Below are positions 39,950 through 49,956 of a DNA stretch of 64,000 bases, in pieces (positions within the stretch are counted from its first letter, which is position 1; every line of letters begins with the position of its first letter). This DNA is from Candidatus Pelagibacterales bacterium (GTDB lineage: Bacteria > Pseudomonadota > Alphaproteobacteria > Pelagibacterales > AG-422-B15), in assembly GCA_028412835.1 (NCBI GenBank), contig JAONQW010000005.1, forward strand, positions 7,235 through 71,234, written 5' to 3'. Under the pieces are notes generated by a model. That model saw nothing but the letters and a program-made list of their open reading frames with translations, was not told the origin of the DNA and ran no database searches. A program made the position numbers and the translations under genes.

Positions 39950-42529
39950 ATGAATTTAGTAATTGTTGAAAGTCCAGCTAAGGCGAAAACTATTAATGCA
40001 TACTTAGGCAGTGATTTTAAAGTTTTAGCAAGCTATGGGCACGTAAGAGATTTGCCGTCCAAAAATGGATCGGTCGATCCTGAAAATAATTTTGCTTTTG
40101 AATGGGAAACATCAGATAAATCAAAAAAGAACTTATCTGAAATTTATAAGGCTGCTGAGCAATCAGATACACTATTTTTAGCCACAGACCCTGATAGAGA
40201 GGGAGAAGCAATTGCTTGGCACATAGTTGAGCTTTTAAAAAAGAAAAAAATATTAAAAAATAAAACTATTAAAAGAGTTGTATTTAGTGAAATTACTAAG
40301 TCAGCAGTTACTAAAGGAATTGAAAACCCTAGGGATATAGATGACTCTTTAGTATCGGCCTACTTAGCTAGAAGAGCTTTAGACTACTTGGTTGGTTTTA
40401 ATTTGTCTCCGGTGTTGTGGAGAAAGCTTCCTGGAGCTAAATCAGCAGGAAGAGTTCAATCAGTTGCGCTAAGATTAATATGTGAGAGAGAGTTAGAAAT
40501 AGAATCTTTTAATCCAGAAGAGTATTGGAAAATAAAATGTAAATTTATTACAAGTAAAAATGAAGAATTTGATGCAAACCTAACTCATTTTAAAAATGAT
40601 AAAGTTGAAAAGCACAGCTTTAAAAATAATGAACAAGCCGATGGGGTTATTAATGCCTTTAAAGATAAAAATTTCAAAATATCAAATATTTCAAAAAAGC
40701 CAGCACTGAGAAATTCAAATGCACCATTTTCAACTTCAACACTTCAACAAGAAGCTTCGGGCGTGTTTGGGTTCGGAGCATCAAGAACAATGCAAATTGC
40801 CCAAAAACTCTTTCAAGGCATTGAAATAGATGGAGAAACTGTTGGTTTAATTACTTATATGAGAACCGATAGTACTGAGCTATCAAAAGAAGCAATAGAT
40901 TCTTATAGAAATTATCTTAGAGAAAATTTTGTTACTGCATATTTACCAAGTGAAATTAAAACATATAAAAGTAAAAAGGCAAAAAATGCACAGGAAGCAC
41001 ATGAAGGCATTAGACCAACAGACATAAAAATTACCCCAGAAAAAGTTAAAAAATACTTAGATGAAGATGGTAATAAGCTATATCGCTTGATTTGGAAACG
41101 TTCTTTGGCAAGCCAGATGAGTTCAGCTCAATATGAAAGAACATCAATAGATATAATATCAGATGATTCAAATTTAGTGTTAAGAGCTAATGGATCAATT
41201 CAAAAATTTGATGGCTTCTTAAATGTTTATGGGGAATTTAGGGAAAAGGAATCTTTAGCAAGTGAAGAGTCTTCAGATGGCCCTGAAAATAAGGAAAAAC
41301 TACTACCTGACCTATCTATGGAATCTGAATTAGCAAAACACATTCCGGAGTCTAGTCAGCACTTTACACTTCCTCCACCAAGATACTCTGAAGCAAGTCT
41401 AGTTAAAAAGCTTGAAGAATTAGGTATTGGAAGACCCTCAACTTATGCAAGCATAATTTCTGTTTTGAAGATGCGAGCATACGTAGATGTAGAAAAAAAT
41501 AGATTTGTTCCTGTTGATAGAGCAATATTGATTACGGCATTTTTAAAAGGCTTCTTTGATAAATACGTGGATTATGATTTTACAGCTGATATGGAAGATA
41601 AGCTTGATGATATAACTACTGGTAAGATTAGCTGGACTGAATTTCTCTCTTTATTCTGGAAAGATTTCTCAAAAAATATAAGTGAAGTAACCGAGCTTAG
41701 AATTACAAATATTTTAGATAATTTAAATGAAAGTTTAAAATCGCATATTTTTGCAACTAACGAAGAGAAAAATGAAATTACACGAGTATGTCCAAACGGT
41801 TGTGGAGGTGATTTAAGTTTAAAAGTTAGCAGATTCGGTGCTTTTGTTGGCTGTACAAATTATCCTGATTGTAAATTTACCAGACCCATATCGCATAAAA
41901 AAGTTAAGGAAGTTTTTGATGATATTGTTCTAGGTGTTGATGAAGTGACAGCAAAAGAAATTAAGCTTCTCAGTGGAAGATTTGGTCCTTATATTCAACT
42001 TGGTGAAATGGAAGGAAAAGAAAAACCTAAGCGAGCAACTATACCAAAAGATATTTCTCCTAAAGATATTGATTTAGAGAAAGCAAAACTATTATTAAGT
42101 TTACCAAGAAAAGTTGGTGACCATCCAGAATCAGGTCATGAAATTTTAGTCAATTATGGAAGATATGGTGGATATTTAACATGCGATAGTAAAAATGCAA
42201 CTCTTGAAGATAGCTCTGAGGTTTTTGATATTGGAATTAATAGGGCTGTTACACTTCTTGCTAATGCAAAACCTGGAAGGCTAAAGAGCTCTTCAGAACT
42301 CAAAACATTAGGTGATCATCCCAGTGATGGGAAACCTATAAAAGTTATGAAAGGTAAGTTTGGGCCGTATGTTAAGTATAAAACTATTAATGCTACTATT
42401 CCTGACTCATTTGACCCAGAAACAATTGATCTTGACGAAGCAATTGAGTTAATTGATAAAAAAATGGATAAAAAGCCCAAAAAGAAAAAAAAGAAAACAG
42501 CAAAAAAAGCCTCTTCAAAGAAAAAATAG
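39950..42529 (+). CDS. topA: DNA topoisomerase I
   Basis: IVESPAKAKTI, ATDPDREGEAI, SAGRVQS, LITYMRTDS, one Zn ribbon, C-terminal GRFGPY repeats, Lys-rich tail. Confidence 0.98.
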   Translation: MNLVIVESPAKAKTINAYLGSDFKVLASYGHVRDLPSKNGSVDPENNFAFEWETSDKSKKNLSEIYKAAEQSDTLFLATDPDREGEAIAWHIVELLKKKKILKNKTIKRVVFSEITKSAVTKGIENPRDIDDSLVSAYLARRALDYLVGFNLSPVLWRKLPGAKSAGRVQSVALRLICERELEIESFNPEEYWKIKCKFITSKNEEFDANLTHFKNDKVEKHSFKNNEQADGVINAFKDKNFKISNISKKPALRNSNAPFSTSTLQQEASGVFGFGASRTMQIAQKLFQGIEIDGETVGLITYMRTDSTELSKEAIDSYRNYLRENFVTAYLPSEIKTYKSKKAKNAQEAHEGIRPTDIKITPEKVKKYLDEDGNKLYRLIWKRSLASQMSSAQYERTSIDIISDDSNLVLRANGSIQKFDGFLNVYGEFREKESLASEESSDGPENKEKLLPDLSMESELAKHIPESSQHFTLPPPRYSEASLVKKLEELGIGRPSTYASIISVLKMRAYVDVEKNRFVPVDRAILITAFLKGFFDKYVDYDFTADMEDKLDDITTGKISWTEFLSLFWKDFSKNISEVTELRITNILDNLNESLKSHIFATNEEKNEITRVCPNGCGGDLSLKVSRFGAFVGCTNYPDCKFTRPISHKKVKEVFDDIVLGVDEVTAKEIKLLSGRFGPYIQLGEMEGKEKPKRATIPKDISPKDIDLEKAKLLLSLPRKVGDHPESGHEILVNYGRYGGYLTCDSKNATLEDSSEVFDIGINRAVTLLANAKPGRLKSSSELKTLGDHPSDGKPIKVMKGKFGPYVKYKTINATIPDSFDPETIDLDEAIELIDKKMDKKPKKKKKKTAKKASSKKK

Positions 42530-42582
42530 CTTCGTTTTAGTTAAAAATAAATTAAAGTTACCTCTTTAATCAAGGATATATT

Positions 42583-44073
42583 ATGACTCTCAACTACGAA
42601 GAAGTTATTAAAGTAAAAAACTCATTAAGTTTTAAAAACCAAGCGTTTATAAATGGAAAATACGTAAATTCAATATCAGGAAAAGTATTTGAAAACTATT
42701 CTCCAGTTGATGGGGCGCTAGTAACTTCAGTTGCTGAATGTGATATTGAAGATATTAATAATGCTGTAAAAGCAGCAAGATCTGTTTTTGAAAAAGGTTC
42801 TTGGTCTAGAATGGCTCCTAACAAAAGAAAGAAAATTCTGTTTAAGCTAGCCGATCTAATGAAAAAAAATATTCTTGAATTAGGTCTTCTTGAAACATTA
42901 GACATGGGTAAACCAATATCTGCAGCTACTGGAGATATTGCCGCCTGTATAAGTTGTCTAAATTGGTATGCAGAAGCCATAGATAAAATTTACGACGATG
43001 TTGCTCCAACAAGAGACAATATTATAGCAATGATAACTAAAGAACCTCTGGGTGTAGTTGGTGCAGTTACTCCTTGGAATTATCCATTGCTTATGGCTTT
43101 CTGGAAAATTGCTCCTGCATTAGCAACTGGAAATAGTTTTATTCTTAAGCCAGCAGAGCAATCTCCACTGTCTGCCCTTAGAGTTTCAGAACTTGCTATG
43201 GAAGCTGGTGTGCCTGAAGGTGTTTTCAACGTTGTACCAGGTTTTGGGCCAACAGCAGGTAAGGCTTTGGGTATGCACATGGATGTAGATAAATTAGGAT
43301 TTACTGGTTCTACAGAAGTTGGCAAATTATTTTTAAAGTATTCAGGTGACTCTAATATGAAAAGAGTGTCTCTTGAATGTGGTGGAAAATCTCCAAATAT
43401 AATATTTGCCGATGCACCTGATTTAGATTTAGCAGCTAAACAGGCAGCAGATGGTATGTTTTTTAATAGTGGACAAGTTTGTGATGCACCATCAAGACTT
43501 CTAATTGAAAAATCAGTAAAAAATGAATTTCTTGAAAAGCTAGTTGAATACAGCAAACCTTGGATGCCTAATGATCCCTTTCAACCAGATACCTCTATGG
43601 GTTCAATGGTTGATGAAAATCAAACATCAAGAGTTTTAGATTATATTGAAACTGGTAAGTCAGAGGGAGCAAAAATTATCACTGGTGGAGAGCAAGTAAG
43701 AAAAAAATCTGGTGGATACTATATTGCACCAACTATTTTTGAAGGCGTAAAAAATAATATGAAAATTGCTAAAGAGGAAATCTTTGGACCAGTGCTTTGT
43801 GCTATTGATTTTGAAGGTGAAGATGAAGCTTTAGATATAGCAAATGATACTGACTATGGATTAAACGCAATTATTTGGTCAAATGATTTAAATAAAGTTC
43901 ATAAGATTGCCAAGCGTATTAGAAGTGGTAAAGTTTTAGTTAATAGTATGAGTGATGGTGATATGTCTGTACCTCATGGAGGTTATAAGCAATCAGGTTT
44001 TGGAAGAGATAAATCTTTAGAGGCAATGGGTCAATACACTCAAACTAAATTGACTTGGATTGAGTTGAAGTAA
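42583..44073 (+). CDS. aldehyde dehydrogenase, PuuC/PauC (aminoaldehyde dehydrogenase)-like
   Basis: LETLDMGKPI, WYAEAIDKIY, PWNYP, FTGST, LECGGKSP, catalytic Cys in NSGQVC, GRDKSL. Confidence 0.9.
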   Translation: MTLNYEEVIKVKNSLSFKNQAFINGKYVNSISGKVFENYSPVDGALVTSVAECDIEDINNAVKAARSVFEKGSWSRMAPNKRKKILFKLADLMKKNILELGLLETLDMGKPISAATGDIAACISCLNWYAEAIDKIYDDVAPTRDNIIAMITKEPLGVVGAVTPWNYPLLMAFWKIAPALATGNSFILKPAEQSPLSALRVSELAMEAGVPEGVFNVVPGFGPTAGKALGMHMDVDKLGFTGSTEVGKLFLKYSGDSNMKRVSLECGGKSPNIIFADAPDLDLAAKQAADGMFFNSGQVCDAPSRLLIEKSVKNEFLEKLVEYSKPWMPNDPFQPDTSMGSMVDENQTSRVLDYIETGKSEGAKIITGGEQVRKKSGGYYIAPTIFEGVKNNMKIAKEEIFGPVLCAIDFEGEDEALDIANDTDYGLNAIIWSNDLNKVHKIAKRIRSGKVLVNSMSDGDMSVPHGGYKQSGFGRDKSLEAMGQYTQTKLTWIELK

Positions 44074-44081
44074 GTAAATTT

Positions 44082-44777
44082 ATGTCGTCAAATACTGCTG
44101 AAGTTAAAGTAGGCTTACAACAATTACATGAAGATGTTATACCTCAGTTAAGTGAGATATCGTTAGATTCTAAAAAACCACTTTTAATTTCAGATGCAGA
44201 TGAAGTAATTTTAGATTTTCTTGGGGCTTTTGAAAAATATCTTTTATTTCATAACTTAAGATTTGATCTAAGCACCTACTCACTGTTTGGAAATATTTTA
44301 GAAATTAAAAATAATAATCCTATTTCTAAGGAAAAGGTAATAAGTCACTTAGATAACTTTTTTGATATACACACTAAAGATATAAGTATTGTGAATGGTG
44401 CTTTCGAAAATTTGAAAAAAATTGAGGATGAGTTAAATTGTCAGATTATTATTCTTACTAATATCCCTTTAAAAAGACGCCAAGATAGAATCCATTGTTT
44501 CCAAACTAATAATTTAAATTATCCAATCATAACTAATGTAAATTCTAAAGGTCCTACCATTAGAGAAATAATCAATAATTTTAACAATAAGGTATTTTTT
44601 GTTGATGATATGATATTCAATTTAATTTCAGCCAATGAAGAGGTTCCAAAAGTTAAATTGATACATTATGTTTCTGATAAGAGACTAGCAAAGCTAATTA
44701 AAACACCCGAAGATATTGCTTATAAAGCTGACTCATGGGATACAATCTATACTTATATCAAAAATGAATTGGCTTAA
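44082..44777 (+). CDS. HAD-superfamily protein of unknown substrate
   Basis: DADEV (DxD motif I), LTN (motif II), KG, FVDD (motif IV). Confidence 0.75.
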   Translation: MSSNTAEVKVGLQQLHEDVIPQLSEISLDSKKPLLISDADEVILDFLGAFEKYLLFHNLRFDLSTYSLFGNILEIKNNNPISKEKVISHLDNFFDIHTKDISIVNGAFENLKKIEDELNCQIIILTNIPLKRRQDRIHCFQTNNLNYPIITNVNSKGPTIREIINNFNNKVFFVDDMIFNLISANEEVPKVKLIHYVSDKRLAKLIKTPEDIAYKADSWDTIYTYIKNELA

Positions 44778-45438
44778 TAAACATCCTATTGCGCATAGAG
44801 GACTTCATTATGATGATATACATGAAAATACTAAAGAATCATTTCAGGCTGCAATAAAACAAAATTACGCAATTGAATGTGATGTAGTTTTAACAAAAGA
44901 CCATGAAGTAGCAGTGTTTCATGATGAAAACTTAAAAAGATTATGTCAAATCAATACTAATATTTCAGATATCACTATGAATGAACTGAGAAAACAAAAA
45001 ATTTATAATAGTAATTGTAATATAATTTCATTAGATGAAATGTTGCATGTAGTTAGCGAGAGTGTGCCAATTATTATTGAAATAAAAGGTGATTACACTC
45101 CATTCATAGAAGAAAGAATTCAGGAAATAATTAGGTCTTATAAAGGACCGATAGCTTTAAAATCATTTAGTCTTAAGTCTTTAAATTGGATAATAGAGTT
45201 TTTACCATTTGTTTTCAAAGGTTTAGTTGTAGATGAACATACTAATAATTCTGAAATTATTTTTGATATAGATTTAGATTTCATTTCATGTGATATAAAT
45301 TACGTCGACTCAGATCTAATTATTAAAGCCAGAAAAAATGGTTTAAGTATAATTACTTGGACGATTGATAATGCAGAAAAAAAAGATAAAGCTAATCTTT
45401 TTGCAGATAATATAATTTTTGAAAAAATTACTCCATAA
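44764..45438 (+). CDS. glycerophosphodiester phosphodiesterase family protein
   Basis: IAHRGLH, ENT, IECDV, VFHD, IEIK, TWTI, IIFE; start moved to ATG 44764. Confidence 0.9.
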   Translation: MNWLNKHPIAHRGLHYDDIHENTKESFQAAIKQNYAIECDVVLTKDHEVAVFHDENLKRLCQINTNISDITMNELRKQKIYNSNCNIISLDEMLHVVSESVPIIIEIKGDYTPFIEERIQEIIRSYKGPIALKSFSLKSLNWIIEFLPFVFKGLVVDEHTNNSEIIFDIDLDFISCDINYVDSDLIIKARKNGLSIITWTIDNAEKKDKANLFADNIIFEKITP

Positions 45439-46278
45439 ATGATCATTAAAAAAACAATTAACTCAATTCAAAAATTATTAGAGATAGAAAAAGTTAATCT
45501 AAAAAAAAAGGTAGCCTTTATTCCAACCATGGGTGCATTACATGATGGCCATCTATCACTAATCAAAAGTGCAAAAGCAAAGAAACAGTTTATAATTGTA
45601 AGCATATACGTAAATCCATCACAATTTGGTCCAAATGAAGATTTTATAAAGTATCCTAGATCTTTAAAGTCAGACCTTAAAAAATTAAAAAAAAGTAATG
45701 TTGATTTAGTATTTACACCAAATAGCAAAGATTTATCTAGATATAAATATAAAAATTATAACTTTAAAACACTGGGTTTAGAAAGAAAACTTTGTGGCAG
45801 TACGCGTCCATATCATTTTATGGGAGTAGCAGAAATTGTTTTAAAATTTTTCACTTTATTAAAACCAGACATTGCCTACTTTGGTGAAAAAGACTACCAA
45901 CAATTTATTTTTATAAAAAAAATAGTCGATCAAACAAATCTAAAAACAAAAATAATGATGGGTAAAACAATAAGAGAAAAGAATGGACTTGCTCTCTCAT
46001 CAAGAAATAAATACCTAAAACCAGAAGAAGTAATTATTGCAAAAAATATTTTTAAGATATTAAAGGAAACTCGTATTTTAATTAAAAAAAATAAAAAACA
46101 GTTATCAATATTAAAAGAGCAAAAAAGAAAATTAATTGCATGTGGATTTTCCAATGTTGAGTATTTTCAAATTCTAACTAACGATTTAAAACATGCAAAA
46201 TCACCTTATATAAAATCAAGAATATTTGTTGCAGCAAGGATTGGTAGTGTTAGATTGATAGATAATATTTTAATTTAA
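45439..46278 (+). CDS. panC: pantoate-beta-alanine ligase
   Basis: PTMGALHDGH, VNPSQF, FGEKDYQQ, GLALSSRN, RLIDN. Confidence 0.97.
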   Translation: MIIKKTINSIQKLLEIEKVNLKKKVAFIPTMGALHDGHLSLIKSAKAKKQFIIVSIYVNPSQFGPNEDFIKYPRSLKSDLKKLKKSNVDLVFTPNSKDLSRYKYKNYNFKTLGLERKLCGSTRPYHFMGVAEIVLKFFTLLKPDIAYFGEKDYQQFIFIKKIVDQTNLKTKIMMGKTIREKNGLALSSRNKYLKPEEVIIAKNIFKILKETRILIKKNKKQLSILKEQKRKLIACGFSNVEYFQILTNDLKHAKSPYIKSRIFVAARIGSVRLIDNILI

Positions 46279-46280
46279 AT

Positions 46281-46901
46281 ATGAGGTGGAAAATATCTAA
46301 TAAACAAGAAGACTATAATGCTTCTATTAGATTTATGGAAACAGAAGTGCAAAATATTTCTGACAAAAAATTAGAAAATCTTATATGGATATTAGAATAT
46401 CCATCACTATACACAGCAGGACTATCAGCAAAACCAATTGACTTATTAAATAAAAATAAATTTCCTATATTTAATTCTAATCGAGGAGGTAAATATACCT
46501 ACCATGGCCCAGGACAGAGAGTAATTTATACGTTAATTAACCTAAATAACGATAAAGATATTGGTAAATTCGTCTCTAATTTGGAAAATATTATTATAGG
46601 CACCTTAAGTGATTTTGGAATAAAGGGACAAAGAAACGATAATCATCACGGAATATTTGTTAAAAAAAATGACAATCAAAATTATAAAATAGCCAGTATT
46701 GGATGTAGATTTAAAAATTGGATTAGTTATCACGGCTTTAGTATCAATCATAATCCAGCATTGGAACACTATAGTGGAATTAATCCATGTGGTTTAAACA
46801 ATAAGAATGTTACAAGTATAGAAGACTTGGGGAAAAAAATATCAAAAGAAGAGTTAAATGTTGCAATTAAAGAAAATATATTAAGAATGTTTAAAATATG
46901 A
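46281..46901 (+). CDS. lipB: octanoyltransferase
   Basis: RGGKYTYHGPGQ, KIASIG, HGFSIN, PCG. Confidence 0.95.
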   Translation: MRWKISNKQEDYNASIRFMETEVQNISDKKLENLIWILEYPSLYTAGLSAKPIDLLNKNKFPIFNSNRGGKYTYHGPGQRVIYTLINLNNDKDIGKFVSNLENIIIGTLSDFGIKGQRNDNHHGIFVKKNDNQNYKIASIGCRFKNWISYHGFSINHNPALEHYSGINPCGLNNKNVTSIEDLGKKISKEELNVAIKENILRMFKI

Positions 46902-47974
46902 AGTGTTCAATTATAAATACAAAAAAAAATAATTATTTAAAACTAGAGTTTAAAGATAAATTATATAAATTTTCACCCACATGGTTAATTGAAAATAGTA
47001 AAGATTTATCAATCAGAGATAAGCAAACAAATCAGCTATTAATTGAAGCTGCTGAGTTAAAATTAAGCTTAAGAATAGATGCTTTTAATATTAAGAATAA
47101 TAATTTAATAATAAGTTTTAATAATAATACTGTTCATAATTTTAATATAAAAGATCTTCTTGCTCCAAAAAAACACCCTAATAAAAAATTGTGGAATGGA
47201 TCATTGAAAAAAATTCCTTCATTTAATTTTAAAAAATTTAATAATAAAATGCTAAAAAATATTTTAAGTACTGTTGATGAATATGGATTCTGCCTAATAA
47301 AAAATATGCCGACAACCAAAAACGGAATACATGCTCTAACTAAACATATTGGTCCGATTAAAGAAACGAATTGGGGAAGTATAGCGGATATTAAGAATAT
47401 TAAGAAAGCTTACGATCTTACTATGACTGAAAGAGCATTAGAAAATCACACTGATAATCCATATAGATTTCCTACACAAGGATATATATGCCTTCATTGT
47501 ATAAAAAATAGTGATATAGGTGGAGAAAATACTCTGGTTGATGGTTTTAATATAGCAAAACAGATAAAGATAAAAAGCATTGAAACGTTTAATGTGCTGA
47601 AAAATTTTAAAACTTTCTTTCAATACAAAGATAAAGATACATTGTTAGAAAATTACTGCTCTTTGATTGAAACTGATTATGAAGATAATGTTGTCCAAAT
47701 TAGGTATAATAATCGTACAGAAATTATTCCCTATGATGATTTAAAAAAGATCACTGAATATACAGAGGCAAGGCAATGCTTTTGGAATTTAATCAAGAAA
47801 AAGTCTAATAATATTACAATAAAACAGACATCTGGAGATATGATTATAATGGATAATTATAGAATTTTACATGGTCGCGCAAAATATAAAGATCTAAATA
47901 ATCAAAGATATTTTAGGCAGGGTTATATTGATAGAGATATCTTGCAAAGTAAATTGAAAATAATGCAAGCATAG
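46898..47974 (+). CDS. Fe(II)/2-oxoglutarate dioxygenase, gamma-butyrobetaine hydroxylase (TauD/BBOX)-like
   Basis: HTDNPYR (HxD), LHC, GGEN..VDGF, DNYRILHGR; GBBH-like N-terminal region. Confidence 0.88.
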   Translation: MKCSIINTKKNNYLKLEFKDKLYKFSPTWLIENSKDLSIRDKQTNQLLIEAAELKLSLRIDAFNIKNNNLIISFNNNTVHNFNIKDLLAPKKHPNKKLWNGSLKKIPSFNFKKFNNKMLKNILSTVDEYGFCLIKNMPTTKNGIHALTKHIGPIKETNWGSIADIKNIKKAYDLTMTERALENHTDNPYRFPTQGYICLHCIKNSDIGGENTLVDGFNIAKQIKIKSIETFNVLKNFKTFFQYKDKDTLLENYCSLIETDYEDNVVQIRYNNRTEIIPYDDLKKITEYTEARQCFWNLIKKKSNNITIKQTSGDMIIMDNYRILHGRAKYKDLNNQRYFRQGYIDRDILQSKLKIMQA

Positions 47975-47975
47975 G

Positions 47976-49955
47976 TTATTTAAAGGTTATTAGGACTTCG
48001 TCAGTACTTACACTTGAGCCTTCTTTAATTAAGACATCTTCCACTAAACAGTCTTTTTCACTTTTTAATATGTTTTCCATTTTCATGGCCTCAATTATAA
48101 CAAGCTCTTCACCTTGTTTAATCAATTGACCTTTTTTAATGTTAATTGATTTAATAAGGCCTGGCATAGGAGAAATTAATTTCTTAGAAAGATCTTCAAG
48201 TTTAATTTCTGGCATATAATCAAATAATACCTTGTTCTTATTTGGTGCAACAATTAAATCTAGGCTACAGTCCTCAATTGTAATTGAAAATTGATTAAAG
48301 TTATTAATTTTATTGATTTTCACAAAACATTTCTCATCACCGATATTAAGTTCCATTATTTTTTGATTAATTTTCCATAATGAGTGAAGTACAATTTCTT
48401 TATTCTTATGCGTAACAACCATAGATAAATTTTTATCTATTAATTTGTGACTTTTTATCTCGAAATCAGATGTTATCTTTTTAGAAATAACTGAGAGGCC
48501 TAGATTTGTAATATTTATATTTAATTTCTTATAAATGAAAATTGCAGCATAATTAAATTTTTCAATCAAGGATTTGCTTAAACCATAATTAAAATAGTAA
48601 CCTTTGGGATAATTTTCTTTAATAAAATTTGTACTTATACTGCCACTTCTAAAGTCTTTATTTTTTAAAGTAGATATTAAAAATGCAATATTATGGTCGA
48701 CACCTGTAATATAGTATTGTTGTAATGCATTAATCATTAGATCAATTGCTTTTGTTCTAGTTTTTTCATGGACCGCTAACTTAGAAATCATTGGATCATA
48801 AAAAATACTTATATCTGAGCCTCCAGATACACCTGTGTCATTTCTTATTATTTCAGTTTTATTTTTTTGTTGAGGCTCATGATATTCAATTAATCTTCCT
48901 ATCGAAGGTAAAAAATCTTTTAAAGGATCTTCAGCATATATTCTTGATTCAATAGACCAACCATTAAGATTAATATCATTTTGTTTTAAATTTAATTTTT
49001 TGCCATCAGCACAGTTAATCATTTGTTCAACAAGGTCAATACCCGTAACAAGTTCAGTAACAGGATGCTCTACTTGTAAACGTGTATTCATTTCTAAAAA
49101 ATAAAAATTTCTGTCATTGTCTACAACAAATTCTACTGTCCCCGCAGAATCATATTTAACTTCTTTGGCAAGTCTTAAGGCTTGTTCTGCCATCGCCTCT
49201 CTTAATTCTTTATCTACAAATGATGAGGGGCATTCCTCTATGACTTTTTGGTACCTTCTTTGAATTGAGCATTCGCGTTCACCTAGATGAATCTGATTAC
49301 CATGTTTATCACATAATATCTGTATTTCTATATGTCTAGGATTAGTAATATATTTCTCAATAAAGACTCTATCATCACCAAAACTATTTAATGCCTCACT
49401 TTGTGCTGCTTTGAGATTGGCCTCAAGATCCTTGCGAGACTCTACAATCCTCATTCCTTTGCCACCACCACCAGCAGATGCTTTAAGTAAAACTGGAAAT
49501 CCAATTTTCTCTGATATTTTTATAGCTTTTTTTGGATCTTTAATAGCTTCAGTGTGACCAGGTATAATATTTAATTTTAATTTATTGGCTAAATTTTTTG
49601 ATTCAATCTTGTCGCCCATTTTTGTAATTGCGTTTTTATTGGGCCCAATAAACTTTATTTTTTCTTTTTCTAATGCCTTAACAAAATTATAATTTTCTGA
49701 CAAAAAGCCATAACCAGGATGTATTGCATCACTCTTCGATTTTTTTGCGATTTCAATAATTTTTTTTATTACCAAGTAAGACTCATTGGGTGACGAAGGT
49801 CCTATTAAATAACTTTCATCTGCAAGTTTTACAAAATCAGCATGCTTATCTGCTTCAGAATAAACTGCAACAGTTTTTATGTTCATTTTATTTGCTGTTT
49901 TAATGATTCTACATGCAATTTCGCCTCTATTGGCAATTAGAATTTTTTTTATCAT
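47976..49955 (-). CDS. pccA: propionyl-CoA carboxylase alpha subunit
   Basis: IANRGEIA, HPGYGFLSEN, EMNTRLQVEHPVTE, biotin site EAMKM. Confidence 0.93.
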   Translation of the reverse strand: MIKKILIANRGEIACRIIKTANKMNIKTVAVYSEADKHADFVKLADESYLIGPSSPNESYLVIKKIIEIAKKSKSDAIHPGYGFLSENYNFVKALEKEKIKFIGPNKNAITKMGDKIESKNLANKLKLNIIPGHTEAIKDPKKAIKISEKIGFPVLLKASAGGGGKGMRIVESRKDLEANLKAAQSEALNSFGDDRVFIEKYITNPRHIEIQILCDKHGNQIHLGERECSIQRRYQKVIEECPSSFVDKELREAMAEQALRLAKEVKYDSAGTVEFVVDNDRNFYFLEMNTRLQVEHPVTELVTGIDLVEQMINCADGKKLNLKQNDINLNGWSIESRIYAEDPLKDFLPSIGRLIEYHEPQQKNKTEIIRNDTGVSGGSDISIFYDPMISKLAVHEKTRTKAIDLMINALQQYYITGVDHNIAFLISTLKNKDFRSGSISTNFIKENYPKGYYFNYGLSKSLIEKFNYAAIFIYKKLNINITNLGLSVISKKITSDFEIKSHKLIDKNLSMVVTHKNKEIVLHSLWKINQKIMELNIGDEKCFVKINKINNFNQFSITIEDCSLDLIVAPNKNKVLFDYMPEIKLEDLSKKLISPMPGLIKSINIKKGQLIKQGEELVIIEAMKMENILKSEKDCLVEDVLIKEGSSVSTDEVLITFK

Positions 49956-49956
49956 A

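Noticed and set aside
45439-47974. Especially AT- and Lys-rich panC-lipB-dioxygenase as a horizontally acquired island
   Set aside because: Core ribD/ribE look similarly biased by eye; no mobility genes or boundary repeats; not quantified
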